From: Nanobdellota archaeon
Lineage (GTDB): Archaea > Nanobdellota > Nanobdellia > Parvarchaeales > Parvarchaeaceae
Direction: 5' to 3'
Length of the DNA: 64,000 bases
Assembly: GCA_021802505.1 (NCBI GenBank)
Contig: JAJZXE010000002.1
Location: forward strand, 11,770 to 75,769
The notes below the pieces were generated by a model. The model was not told the origin of the DNA. It ran no database searches and worked only from the letters and a program-made list of their open reading frames with translations. A program made the position numbers and the translations under genes. This document shows positions 19,786 through 29,496 of the stretch, in pieces; within the stretch, counting starts at the first letter, position 1, and each line of letters opens with the position of its first letter.

Positions 19786-22503
19786 ATGGAACCGGATAAG
19801 AACATATTCATAAAGGCAAATCCCGGAACGGGTAAGACGACTTCTCTTGCTGACAGGGTTATAGAACTGATAAAAAGCGGCGTAAGCGAGAGGGAGATAC
19901 TCTGCCTGACGTTTACAAACAAGGCGGTGGATGAAATGTTTGATAAGATAAGCCTTAAACTGAAGGAAAACGGGATGGAGGGTTCAAGAATAAACGGACT
20001 TACAATCTCGACCTTTCACAGTTTTTGCAATCTTTATTTTTCAGAGCAGGGAAAGGAATATGATCTTGTAAGCAACAATTTCATCCGTTTTTCCATCTTC
20101 AAAAGCCTGGAAAACAACAGTGCATTCAACTATGAGAGGGATTACATCATACAGGAACTGATACCGAAAATAGAAAATTCCATAAGATACATAAAAAGTT
20201 TCGGCATAACCCCCGATTCTATAAACATAGAAAGAACAAAGGAGGATCTCATGAACAGATCATTCCTTGAGAATATGGGGGGAATATCGGTAAACGAAAT
20301 CCTCGCGTTTTTGGACTATTTTATAATTGCATTCAAGGACTATGAACGGGAAAAGGGGGAAAAAAGGATAGATTACAACGACCTTCTCAGCAGGTTTATA
20401 ATGGAATACGACCCGTTGAAGAAACATTACAGATATGTACTGGTAGATGAACTGCAGGATCTCAACGATGTGGAAGCAGAGATAGCCCGGCTAGTCGGGG
20501 ATTACCTGTTTCTCGTCGGAGACAGAAAACAGTCCATATTCGGTTTTCAGGGGGGCAGCCTTAAAAATTTCATAGAATTCCAGAAACTCCCCGATCTGGA
20601 AAGCCTGACAAAGGGATTAAACTACCGGAGTTACAGCGAGATTATTAAATATGCAAAGGAGTACTTTTTAAGAAAAACAAAGGATCCGAGTTACAAAGAG
20701 GAGCTAAACGAGTTTAAGGGAAACAAGGGAGAGGGCGGAAAAGTCACGGAGTTTGTCGGCAGCAATACCGACAACATAGCGGTCAAATTGGCCATAGATC
20801 TGACGCTGCAGGGCAGGAAAGCCGCAATAATAACAAGGACGAACGACCAGATAATAAGCATCTCCAGACTGCTTGATTCAAAAAACATAAAATATGCAAC
20901 GACTGCCAGCGCTTCCGTTTCAAAACGGGCGAAGAATGCGGTGATAGACTATCTGAAGGGCATATTTTACAGAGATGAAAAGGACGTGATAAAGGCCATC
21001 TTTACGCCGTTTTCCGGTGTACCGCTTAGAAAGGCCTTCGAAATAGAAGAAAGATACAGGAAAAAAGAGATCGGAATGGAAGAGATCAAGAGGCTTGCAA
21101 AACCTTTTTTTGACAGGATGGAATCCGCACTGGATGTCTACGGCGTTAACCGCCTTTTTAATGAAGTCATACTTCCGATCTCGGTGTCGCTTGACAACGA
21201 TTACTACATAAGCGCGGCGGCGATACTCGAAAACATCAATGATTACTTTGATAATAACGAAATCCCGAATTTCAACGATATACTTGTGTATCTTTATGCT
21301 GCGGAGGACAGTTATGAATCAAACGACCAGAAGGAAAATCTCATACTTACAACGGTGCACAAGTCAAAGGGCCTGGAATTTGACAATGTCGTATACGTAC
21401 CGAAAAAACAGAACAATAAGACGAGTTTTATAGATCTCGTAACCAACTCCATAATAAAACAGGTGAAGGATATAGACGTAAAGGAGGAGCTTCTTGAGGA
21501 GGGGATAAGGGTCGATTTCGTCGCATTTACACGCGCAAAGGAAAGCTTATTTATTGCCGTAAACCCCGCACTCTCGGAGGATTACTATATAGAAGGGCTG
21601 GCGGAAAGGGTTTTTGAAGAGATAGAAGACGAGCCCGCTCCGTACAAGAAAAGATACGAGGAGGCTTATTCCATGTTTGTCAATAAAAAATACGAGGAGG
21701 CCAAAGCATTGCTGACAGACAACGATAAATGGCTTATGGACCGGGTGCGCAGTTACTTTGACGGTAAGTTGAGAACGATATCTTTCTCGCTTCTGGATTC
21801 GCTTTCGGACCCTCTTAATTTCATAAAAAGGGATGTTCTGGGCATAAAAGAAAGAACAAAAAGCACGGAATTCGGATCAAAGGCGCACAAACTGGCAGAG
21901 GAGTACTTTAAGGGGAAGATAAAAGAGGAAGAATTAAACGAGGATGAAAAGAAGGTATTCGGAAACATAAAAAACATAATAGAAGAGATAAATGCAAAGT
22001 ACAATTCGCAGGAGATAGAGGCGGAAAAAACAATAGATATGCCGCTGAGCGCAGTTTTTCCCGAAATAAAGGCAGATTTGAGGATGACGGCAAAACTCGA
22101 CGCCGTGTTCCTTAATAAAGCCAGGAACAGACTGCTGATAATAGACTTTAAGACCGACAGATCGGAGGAACAGGGATCAAAACACAGAAGGCAGCTCGCA
22201 CTCTACAGAAGGATGCTTGCACTCGAAAACAAAACCGATGAAAAGGAAGTCGATACCGCGATAGCCTACATAAACCTGACCGGAAAGATAAACACCGGAA
22301 AATTCACGTATAAACTGGATACGCAGAAGGTAAAGGACTCGCAGATAGAGACGATTGAAAAATACATTTTACAGCTGGTTGAATACATCAATGATCCTTC
22401 CAAACTGGTTGAAAATGCGATAAAGAAGTATTACTATTCAGACAGCTTAAGCGATGAGATATTCAAAAAACTGAAGGAAGAATACGCAAACCACGGTGTA
22501 TGA
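19786..22503 (+). CDS. UvrD/REP-type helicase with C-terminal PD-(D/E)XK nuclease
   Basis: ANPGTGKT, LTFTNKA, VDELQD, GDRKQSIFGF, NYRS, TVHKSKGLEF, VAFTRAK; C-terminal KLDAVF...IIDFKT...QLALY. Confidence 0.92.
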   Translation: MEPDKNIFIKANPGTGKTTSLADRVIELIKSGVSEREILCLTFTNKAVDEMFDKISLKLKENGMEGSRINGLTISTFHSFCNLYFSEQGKEYDLVSNNFIRFSIFKSLENNSAFNYERDYIIQELIPKIENSIRYIKSFGITPDSINIERTKEDLMNRSFLENMGGISVNEILAFLDYFIIAFKDYEREKGEKRIDYNDLLSRFIMEYDPLKKHYRYVLVDELQDLNDVEAEIARLVGDYLFLVGDRKQSIFGFQGGSLKNFIEFQKLPDLESLTKGLNYRSYSEIIKYAKEYFLRKTKDPSYKEELNEFKGNKGEGGKVTEFVGSNTDNIAVKLAIDLTLQGRKAAIITRTNDQIISISRLLDSKNIKYATTASASVSKRAKNAVIDYLKGIFYRDEKDVIKAIFTPFSGVPLRKAFEIEERYRKKEIGMEEIKRLAKPFFDRMESALDVYGVNRLFNEVILPISVSLDNDYYISAAAILENINDYFDNNEIPNFNDILVYLYAAEDSYESNDQKENLILTTVHKSKGLEFDNVVYVPKKQNNKTSFIDLVTNSIIKQVKDIDVKEELLEEGIRVDFVAFTRAKESLFIAVNPALSEDYYIEGLAERVFEEIEDEPAPYKKRYEEAYSMFVNKKYEEAKALLTDNDKWLMDRVRSYFDGKLRTISFSLLDSLSDPLNFIKRDVLGIKERTKSTEFGSKAHKLAEEYFKGKIKEEELNEDEKKVFGNIKNIIEEINAKYNSQEIEAEKTIDMPLSAVFPEIKADLRMTAKLDAVFLNKARNRLLIIDFKTDRSEEQGSKHRRQLALYRRMLALENKTDEKEVDTAIAYINLTGKINTGKFTYKLDTQKVKDSQIETIEKYILQLVEYINDPSKLVENAIKKYYYSDSLSDEIFKKLKEEYANHGV

Positions 22504-22694
22504 TAGGAAAGGAAGACGTTTTCTACGCCTTTTTTGCCGGAATAGCGTCATTTTTAAGCGCGTTTATATTGATATTTCTTGCCGTTCCCTCGTACTTTCA
22601 GAACGACCCGTCAATTTTTTCCATAACGATTGTTATTGTTATGGAGGTTACCGTGTTCTTTTCCCTGTTTTTCATTATGAGGAAAAAGCATTAA
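22500..22694 (+). CDS. Small two-TM membrane protein
   Basis: 64 aa, two hydrophobic helices, ATGA overlap with the helicase stop. Confidence 0.6.
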   Translation: MIGKEDVFYAFFAGIASFLSAFILIFLAVPSYFQNDPSIFSITIVIVMEVTVFFSLFFIMRKKH

Positions 22695-23242
22695 TCTTCA
22701 TTTAGATAGTCTTTTATCCTGTTTATCCCGTATTTTGCGCCATTGACCGTTTTATTTTTTAAACCGCTAAAGTATGTTTTAACCCTGTTATCTCCTTCAT
22801 CATCCATGTATCTCTTGAAATCGCTGCCGGCATCGGATAAATAACCGGAGAGTTTGCCCATCCCAGAGTATGCCTTTTCACCGATGTTATAAAACAGATT
22901 TTTTAATTTGGAGGCATGTCCCGGATCTCCGGAATCAAAGAATTTCTCCATCCCGTATTTTTTAGCGAGGCTGTTCCATGCCGCTTTGTTGTATTCGCTC
23001 AGAAGCTTCTTTTCGCGCTCAGAACTTATCTCGCCAATTTTACTACCGACAAAATAGATAAGATCTGTAGGGGTGTACTGTTTTATGTTTTTTACGAAGT
23101 AATTCGCATACTTTTCAAACTGGTTTTCTTTTATACTGTCAAGGCCTTTTATCCTTTCAAACGTGTTGTACAGTCCGTAAAACCCGCTGTTCCCCACGCT
23201 TTTCGTGCGGTTTTCATTTTTCAAAAGATCATTCAATTTCAT
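22691..23242 (-). CDS. Hypothetical protein (amphipathic helical)
   Basis: 183-aa ORF preceded by strong SD GGAGGT (23249-23254). Confidence 0.75.
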   Translation of the reverse strand: MKLNDLLKNENRTKSVGNSGFYGLYNTFERIKGLDSIKENQFEKYANYFVKNIKQYTPTDLIYFVGSKIGEISSEREKKLLSEYNKAAWNSLAKKYGMEKFFDSGDPGHASKLKNLFYNIGEKAYSGMGKLSGYLSDAGSDFKRYMDDEGDNRVKTYFSGLKNKTVNGAKYGINRIKDYLNED

Positions 23243-23308
23243 ATTTTTACCTCCTTTTGTTTATTAGACTGCAGGTAGTATTTAAACTTTTCTATCACTT
23301 AAAAGTGA

Positions 23309-24754
23309 TTACTTTTTAATATAACTTGCTGCGTTTTCATTTCCTCTAGTAAGTGACAGTAAGGCCGCAATGACAAGCATTGCGATTAAGAATATAAAAG
23401 AAAAATGCATTCCCTTGACAAAACTTGTCGTTACTCCTCCTATCAATTTGGAAGTGCCCACGAATATTTCGAACGCAAGGTAGCGCGGAATGGCCAGAGT
23501 AGCGGTCACTATTACAATAATAAAGCTTCCCATTATCCCTATGCTGCCGAACAAACGCAGTATACCCGAGGCCGTTCCAAATCTTCCGGCCTCGCTGCTT
23601 TTCATCACGGCGCTGTTATTCGCGGGCCAGAACATTGCTCCGCCGAAGCCTGTTATGGCCGAACCTATTAAAACTATATATACAGTGGAATTGGCGGTCA
23701 ATGCAAAGTATACCAGAATTCCGAGGATCATGATAAATAAACCGAGGGTGGCCAACAGTCTCGCACCGTATCTGTCCGAAAATCTGCCCATAAAAGGAGA
23801 AAGCACTCCGCTTAAAACATAACCGGGAAGGAGCAGCAAAGAAGCGGAAAACGGACTCAGCCCTCTTACTCCCTGCAGATACATTATGAGCATGAAGGCC
23901 ACACCCATGAAACCGAGGCCCTGAAACATCGAAGCCAAAACTGAATTTCTAAACACTTTGTTTTTGAACATGCCAAGTTTTATCACGGGATTCGCAAATA
24001 TTTTCTCCCTGAAATAAAACGGCAGCAACAGAAGAAAACCGACTACTAATACCAGGATATTCAGAAGATTCATCCCAACGGATGCTATTCTTACGCCGGA
24101 ATAAAGGATTGCGGACAGGGATACACCCAACAGGAGCATTCCTATTAAGTCTAATTTTTCCTTCTCCCTTGAATTGTCTTTGATGTATTTCAGCGCAAGA
24201 ACAAAAAGGACCAGACCTATCGGTACGTTTATGAAAAATATGTATCTATAGCCTATAAACGTGGTTATCACCCCTCCCAGGACTATACCGAGCATCGCTC
24301 CGACATTCCAGCCCATACCCGTGAAACCATATGCTTTTCCAAGTTTTTCCCTCCGGAAAGTGTCGGCTATTATTGCACCGCTGTTGGATGCCATCATCGC
24401 ACCGCCCAGGGCCTGGAAACCGCGGAATATGATGAGAGTTATGTCTGTAGGAGCGATCCCGCACATAAATGAAAAAACGGTGAATACTGCGATTCCTGAA
24501 TTGAATATTCTGGCTCTTCCAAACAAATCACCTATCCTTCCAAACTGGGTTGCGGCAACCGCAGTTACTAGCATATATATAAGAATCACCCAGATTATCG
24601 TGGAGAGGTTGGAGTGCAGTGCCTGGGTTATGGCCGGGAAAGCCAGAAGAACTATGGTGGAATCGATTGAAGCCATCAGGATTCCGATGACAAGCACTGT
24701 CAGTATGAGGTTTTCATTCTTAAAGCCGCTCCTAACGTAAGCATTTTTTATCAT
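23309..24754 (-). CDS. MFS drug:H+ antiporter (DHA2/EmrB-like)
   Basis: DSTIVLLAFP, GRIGDLFGR, FRGFQALGGA, IFFINVPIG; about 14 TM helices. Confidence 0.93.
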   Translation of the reverse strand: MIKNAYVRSGFKNENLILTVLVIGILMASIDSTIVLLAFPAITQALHSNLSTIIWVILIYMLVTAVAATQFGRIGDLFGRARIFNSGIAVFTVFSFMCGIAPTDITLIIFRGFQALGGAMMASNSGAIIADTFRREKLGKAYGFTGMGWNVGAMLGIVLGGVITTFIGYRYIFFINVPIGLVLFVLALKYIKDNSREKEKLDLIGMLLLGVSLSAILYSGVRIASVGMNLLNILVLVVGFLLLLPFYFREKIFANPVIKLGMFKNKVFRNSVLASMFQGLGFMGVAFMLIMYLQGVRGLSPFSASLLLLPGYVLSGVLSPFMGRFSDRYGARLLATLGLFIMILGILVYFALTANSTVYIVLIGSAITGFGGAMFWPANNSAVMKSSEAGRFGTASGILRLFGSIGIMGSFIIVIVTATLAIPRYLAFEIFVGTSKLIGGVTTSFVKGMHFSFIFLIAMLVIAALLSLTRGNENAASYIKK

Positions 24755-24769
24755 AAGTCTAAGTAAAGC

Positions 24770-24799
24770 ATATCGTTTTTAGATATCTCTTAATGATAT
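24770..24799. promoter_or_regulatory. Double palindromic site ATATC-N7-GATATC-N7-GATAT upstream of the MFS gene
   Basis: ATATC gttttta GATATC tcttaat GATAT, between the minus-strand TATA (~24808-24815) and the ATG. Same architecture at 42218-42247. Confidence 0.7.
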
Positions 24800-24857
24800 A
24801 TTTTATATATAAATATTTCCAACGGACAACCGTAAAATGCACTTTTGGAATAAAATC

Positions 24858-25322
24858 TCATTTAAGCAGGTTTTCCAGGTTATCTATCGTCTGATTGACC
24901 ACGTCATTCACGGCCTGCTGCATGACATCATTTCCGAAAAGTTTCGCCATCTTGCCCAGTTCTATATCTGCTTTCCATGTTACCGCCGTTGAATTGTCCT
25001 GCTTGTCCAGATCTATATATAGGCTTAAAGTGAATTTCAGACCGATTGTAGAGCCGGTTCCCTGTATAAGAACATGCTTGTTTTCCTGTTTTTCCTTTAA
25101 ATCGGCGGAGAATTTTATGTTCAGACTGGAAAGGTAACCTGCTCCCAGGAACTTGGCCGTATATTTCTTTGCATCCGCCTTGAACTGCAGCTGGAAACTA
25201 TCCCCGTTTACTTCCGTTGAAGTTACGTTCGGCAGACACTTTGCGAATTCGTTTGCATCGGACACTATCCCCCATACCTTTTCAACATGGGAATCTATCT
25301 TAAAATTACCGTTCAATTCCAT
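24858..25322 (-). CDS. coxG: CoxG/SRPBCC-family protein
   Basis: MELNGNFKI...EKVWGIVSD...CLPNV. Real start likely ATG 25322, immediately after the glpA stop. Confidence 0.8.
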   Translation of the reverse strand: MELNGNFKIDSHVEKVWGIVSDANEFAKCLPNVTSTEVNGDSFQLQFKADAKKYTAKFLGAGYLSSLNIKFSADLKEKQENKHVLIQGTGSTIGLKFTLSLYIDLDKQDNSTAVTWKADIELGKMAKLFGNDVMQQAVNDVVNQTIDNLENLLK

Positions 25323-25323
25323 G

Positions 25324-26631
25324 TCAGTTAAACAGCTCCCTTGAGTACAGTATATCCAGCGTATTGGAGTAGACATCCGAGTAGGTCTTGCCATTCGATT
25401 CGTTCATCAGCTCTGCAAGCAGATTTTTGTCCAGCCTGAGGGACTTCGACATCTCTTCTATGTTTTCCCTGCTGATCTCGGGCCAAAACAGCTTTATTTT
25501 ATCGGTTTTTGAATCCTGCTTTACATTCATCTTATCCGAAACAAAATCACCTATTTCTTTGGCCATTATCCTGGAGGTGCTCAGCTTGCCGCCTACGATG
25601 CTGATTAAATTATTTATGTTATCGCTATCGGAATGATCAAATATCCTGAAGTCCCTGCTTGCCTTCCTGCTATCCGTATCCTCTCCCGCAGAAATTAAAG
25701 GCCGAACACCCGCATAATACCTGTAAACAGGATAATTTGCAAGCACCGGAATCATCTCGCTGCCGGCCTTGTGCAGAAAGTTTATGTCGTCCTTGTCAAT
25801 TTCAAAGTTTTCCGGGTCATCGACTATAAACGCTGTAGTGCCTATAATAGAATCGTTAAAGAACGGTACGACTATATCTCCGTCGGAAGGGTCCCTTAAC
25901 CGGTTTATTATGTTTTTGGTGAACCGCCTGTTTATTACGGCCATGGTACCCGCTGACAGTATCATATCTATGCTGTTGATACCTAGTTTATCGCCTACAA
26001 GCCGGGATGCCCATGCCCCTCCCGCGTTAATTATCAGGTCTGCCCTGATTTCGCCGGTTTCGCCGGTGGAATTGTTTTTTAATTTAATGCCCTTTACATC
26101 TTTCCCTTCCTTTATAAAATCCGTCACTTCTGTGTTAAGATACACCTTTGCCGTTTCCCTCCTGGCGGTTAAAAGCAGGCTGGTTATAAACCTGAAGGAA
26201 TTGATGGTTTTATCAGGGACCCTGTAGGCAACTTTCACATCCTTGTTTATAAACGGCTCTTCTCTTAATACCGCAGCGGTATCAAGTTTTTCAATTGGTA
26301 TTCCCGCAGAACTGCAGCCTTTTTCGAACTTGCCCTGGAAGGATATATCTTCATCATTTAACGCTACAAACAATCCGCCTGTATTTTCAACGCAAAAAGG
26401 AGCTATCTCGGATATAACTCTGTTGTCTGTTATACTTTCCTGTGCGGCCCTAACGTCGTTCATTGCATACCGCGCGCCGCTGTGCAGCATACCGTGAAAT
26501 CTGCCGCTGGTTCCGCCGATTATGTTGCCTTTTTCAACGACCATGACGTCAAACCCCCTGCTCGCCAGGTCATGGGTTATAAAAGAACCGGTAGAGCCGG
26601 CACCGATCACGATTACCTTATTCTCAGCCAT
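25324..26631 (-). CDS. glpA: FAD-dependent glycerol-3-phosphate dehydrogenase (short GlpA-type)
   Basis: VIGAGSTG, GTSGRFHGMLHSGARY, YAGVRPL, GGKLSTSR. Confidence 0.88.
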   Translation of the reverse strand: MAENKVIVIGAGSTGSFITHDLASRGFDVMVVEKGNIIGGTSGRFHGMLHSGARYAMNDVRAAQESITDNRVISEIAPFCVENTGGLFVALNDEDISFQGKFEKGCSSAGIPIEKLDTAAVLREEPFINKDVKVAYRVPDKTINSFRFITSLLLTARRETAKVYLNTEVTDFIKEGKDVKGIKLKNNSTGETGEIRADLIINAGGAWASRLVGDKLGINSIDMILSAGTMAVINRRFTKNIINRLRDPSDGDIVVPFFNDSIIGTTAFIVDDPENFEIDKDDINFLHKAGSEMIPVLANYPVYRYYAGVRPLISAGEDTDSRKASRDFRIFDHSDSDNINNLISIVGGKLSTSRIMAKEIGDFVSDKMNVKQDSKTDKIKLFWPEISRENIEEMSKSLRLDKNLLAELMNESNGKTYSDVYSNTLDILYSRELFN

Positions 26632-26707
26632 AATCTATACTAAACAAAGGAAAGTTAAATACATTGGTTATTTTGTATTTTACACGGCAAATAAAAAAAG
26701 AAACGGA

Positions 26708-27412
26708 TTACTTGTTTCCACGCTTGTCAGCGAATCTATTCTTAAGGTAGTGCATGCCAAGGTAGACTCCTGTTAATGTGGACAATACGGATGCTCCCGC
26801 ATATCCCAGAGTAGAGAGAGGTGCCCCGTACAATGTACCGTCTATCACAGACAGCAGCGACCCCAAACCGGCATAAGCCCCCGCACCCAAAAAGCCTGCA
26901 GATAAAAGAGCCATCTTGTATCTATTGCCCGCATACTCACCGCTATCATTGACTTTAAAATTCTTCAAATGAATGTAGGATCTGGCGGCGATTCCTCCGA
27001 CTACCAAAGAGCCGGCCGCTGCAAATATACCAAGAGTGTTATTTGGTCCTCCGGATATTCCTAAGCTATACAGTAGATGGGAAACAGTGTGAAAATAAGG
27101 ATTGTTAGTTACGATGTTTAAGATGGATTCATGACTTCCTGTTTTGTACGAAACGCCAGTGGGTGTGTTTACGGCTCCTATGTCATTTAGCCTGTCCAAT
27201 ACATCAGCCTCGGTCATTGCGGCACCGGCACTTAATCCAAGTATACCAAGCAGATGTTTTGTCCTGATAAAACACCCTGTCTTTCTGCAAGGAGTATGCC
27301 CGTTTCCAGAAGTTTTATCGTTCCTCGACGTGGCAGCGTAGTACTCGACGACCTTGTCTATGCTGCTCATGGCATTGTCGTTTGTGTCAACTATCTTATC
27401 GAGCTTTTTCAT
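26708..27412 (-). CDS. Hypothetical membrane protein
   Basis: 234 aa with Gly/Ala-rich hydrophobic helices. Confidence 0.65.
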   Translation of the reverse strand: MKKLDKIVDTNDNAMSSIDKVVEYYAATSRNDKTSGNGHTPCRKTGCFIRTKHLLGILGLSAGAAMTEADVLDRLNDIGAVNTPTGVSYKTGSHESILNIVTNNPYFHTVSHLLYSLGISGGPNNTLGIFAAAGSLVVGGIAARSYIHLKNFKVNDSGEYAGNRYKMALLSAGFLGAGAYAGLGSLLSVIDGTLYGAPLSTLGYAGASVLSTLTGVYLGMHYLKNRFADKRGNK

Positions 27413-27424
27413 ACTTAATATCTT

Positions 27425-27781
27425 TTATTTTTCCTCGTAAATGTGTTCACCCATCTCGGATGGTTTTCCAACATAAAAATGACCCTCGTTTATTTTTTCA
27501 TCGAGCGTAGTGTATTTCGCATCCGAAAATTTCTTCCTATTTGTGGAAGTGACATCCATATTTTTATGTTTATGGGCATAATGCAGTGATAGACATGCAA
27601 ATGCTGTTCCAAATCCCGAGGATACCGCGGAATAAAGCGCGTTATTCTCGAGTATACAGCCTGCTGTCAGCACGTAGTATATCGCGGACATCGAACCCCA
27701 CAGGGCTATATCCTTTAAATAATCGGTTTTTTCCCCTGCTGTAGTGTTGTTAGCAATCTCATCTAATTTTTTCCCGTTCAT
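27425..27781 (-). CDS. Hypothetical two-TM protein
   Basis: 118 aa; SD AGGTGA at 27786-27791. Confidence 0.7.
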   Translation of the reverse strand: MNGKKLDEIANNTTAGEKTDYLKDIALWGSMSAIYYVLTAGCILENNALYSAVSSGFGTAFACLSLHYAHKHKNMDVTSTNRKKFSDAKYTTLDEKINEGHFYVGKPSEMGEHIYEEK

Positions 27782-27981
27782 ATTTTCACCTTTAAATTAT
27801 TGTTTTTATAATAGATTCTATCTGTTTACTTATTGTAAAGTAATGAATATACTAATATTTAAAGCTTTTACATGCCTTCTCACAGAGCTAGCATATTCTG
27901 CACTGATTGGATGACAGGGGCTTTCTACCGGCATTTCCGTAATATAAAATGTATTAATATTCTCTACATTCTTAATAAAAT

Positions 27982-28773
27982 ATGCGAAAAGTATTAAACG
28001 TGGGAGTTATAAATATAAATACTGTCCATCCGGTATATTCAAGTCTTGAAAAAACCCTGGGTATCATAGAAAAAAACAAATACTCTGGTTTAGACATTCT
28101 AATGGGTCCGGAATGGGGATTAATGAACAATAACGTAGCAAATGAAAGACCTCACTCTCCAGCGGAATTCAAAGATATCCTTGCTAAGATAAAGGATGCG
28201 AGCAGATACTCTAATACGCTTATAATCCCGGGCACGGCGGTCATACATACAAAAGAGAACAAAATGTACAATATTCTGCCGGTCTTCTACAAAGGACAGG
28301 TCATTTTCTCGACGATAAAAAAAGCGGACGGCGGCACGTCATTCTTCGATATAAACCACAACTATGAACTGATAGGAAAGGATTACCAGATAAGGAATAC
28401 ATTCTACTGGAAGGGGATGAAGATAGGGATAGAAATATGTGCGGACTCAGACACTTTGCATGAACAGGGGGAAAACAATCTAAATATCCAGATCTTAAGT
28501 TCGAGCGGAGTGCGTAATACTACTCTTGCAATAAAGGAAAACGGCTACCTTATATGCGCGGACGGAAACCGTTCTGCCGGCAGAAAAGTCTATGTAATCA
28601 GAAAAAGCACGGACCAAAGTGATGTGAATGTGTTCACGTATATGGATTTACTTAAATCAAATGACTATACTGCAATCAGCGGTGCTCCATTCGAATTTTT
28701 GCCGGTAGAGAAAAAACATCAGAATATGAATGTATATCGGATAGAGATGGAACTAAACGATGATATTCCTTAG
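27982..28773 (+). CDS. Divergent carbon-nitrogen hydrolase (nitrilase-fold) protein, paralog 2
   Basis: LMGPEW, IKK, EICAD; IPGT; YNILPV; alignable with 14686-15555. Confidence 0.65.
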   Translation: MRKVLNVGVININTVHPVYSSLEKTLGIIEKNKYSGLDILMGPEWGLMNNNVANERPHSPAEFKDILAKIKDASRYSNTLIIPGTAVIHTKENKMYNILPVFYKGQVIFSTIKKADGGTSFFDINHNYELIGKDYQIRNTFYWKGMKIGIEICADSDTLHEQGENNLNIQILSSSGVRNTTLAIKENGYLICADGNRSAGRKVYVIRKSTDQSDVNVFTYMDLLKSNDYTAISGAPFEFLPVEKKHQNMNVYRIEMELNDDIP

Positions 28774-29496
28774 GTCCTTTACCCTGCCAAAATTTAGATT
28801 TTCTTCCTGCGATATGCAGATGGCATTCAATTGATCCACATCGCAGAAATCCCGCAGATATGGTGAAAGCAGATCCTTCTTCTCCGTCTCATTTATGTCG
28901 GTGCCGGTTGCAAAAATGCTTGCGGCGGGTAAAACCAGGAGCTTCTTCTTATTGTACATATCCCCGTACAGGAAGGCCTTCATTTTCTCCTTTGAACCAG
29001 TGTAACGATATATCACGATGCTTGGATGCTCATGTCCTATCAGATAGAAATCCGCATCCAGGACCGGCAGCTCATCGCCGTGCGCGATGTAAAATCCTTT
29101 TTCGCATATGTAATCTTTGAATATCTCCACATTGTAAGTGCTCTTAATCCTGTCCAGATAGTTGTCATGGTTTCCCTTTACAAACGAAAGCCCCAGTCCC
29201 AGCGATTCGCAGAACTTTATCAGCTCCCCTATCTCCTTCCTTTCATACTGCTTTAAATCTGAAAAATCGTTCTTTAAATCCCCGGTTATAATCAACCTAT
29301 CAGCGCCGGTGCTTATGGAAGACTTATTGATGATATTTTTGATAAATTCCAGGTTTTTACTCGGTATCAGCGTGCCTAAAGAGGACATCTGTCCCTCATA
29401 CCCTAAATGCGGGTCGGAAATCACTATGGAATTCAGCGGCCGCACATAAACGACAGGCATGCCCTCCAGAAGATCAATGTATTCATTTATTTTCAT
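28753..29496 (-). CDS. Calcineurin-like metallophosphoesterase (Lhr-associated)
   Basis: SDPHLG, TGD, GNHD, HGD, GHEHP. Confidence 0.9.
   Translation of the reverse strand: MKINEYIDLLEGMPVVYVRPLNSIVISDPHLGYEGQMSSLGTLIPSKNLEFIKNIINKSSISTGADRLIITGDLKNDFSDLKQYERKEIGELIKFCESLGLGLSFVKGNHDNYLDRIKSTYNVEIFKDYICEKGFYIAHGDELPVLDADFYLIGHEHPSIVIYRYTGSKEKMKAFLYGDMYNKKKLLVLPAASIFATGTDINETEKKDLLSPYLRDFCDVDQLNAICISQEENLNFGRVKDLRNIIV

Noticed and set aside
25323-25394. Long N-terminal extensions in the ORF track (coxG, 14060, 33003, 43397, 46382, 48475)
   Set aside because: Downstream ATGs remove the overlaps and fit TATA spacing or stop/start coupling better
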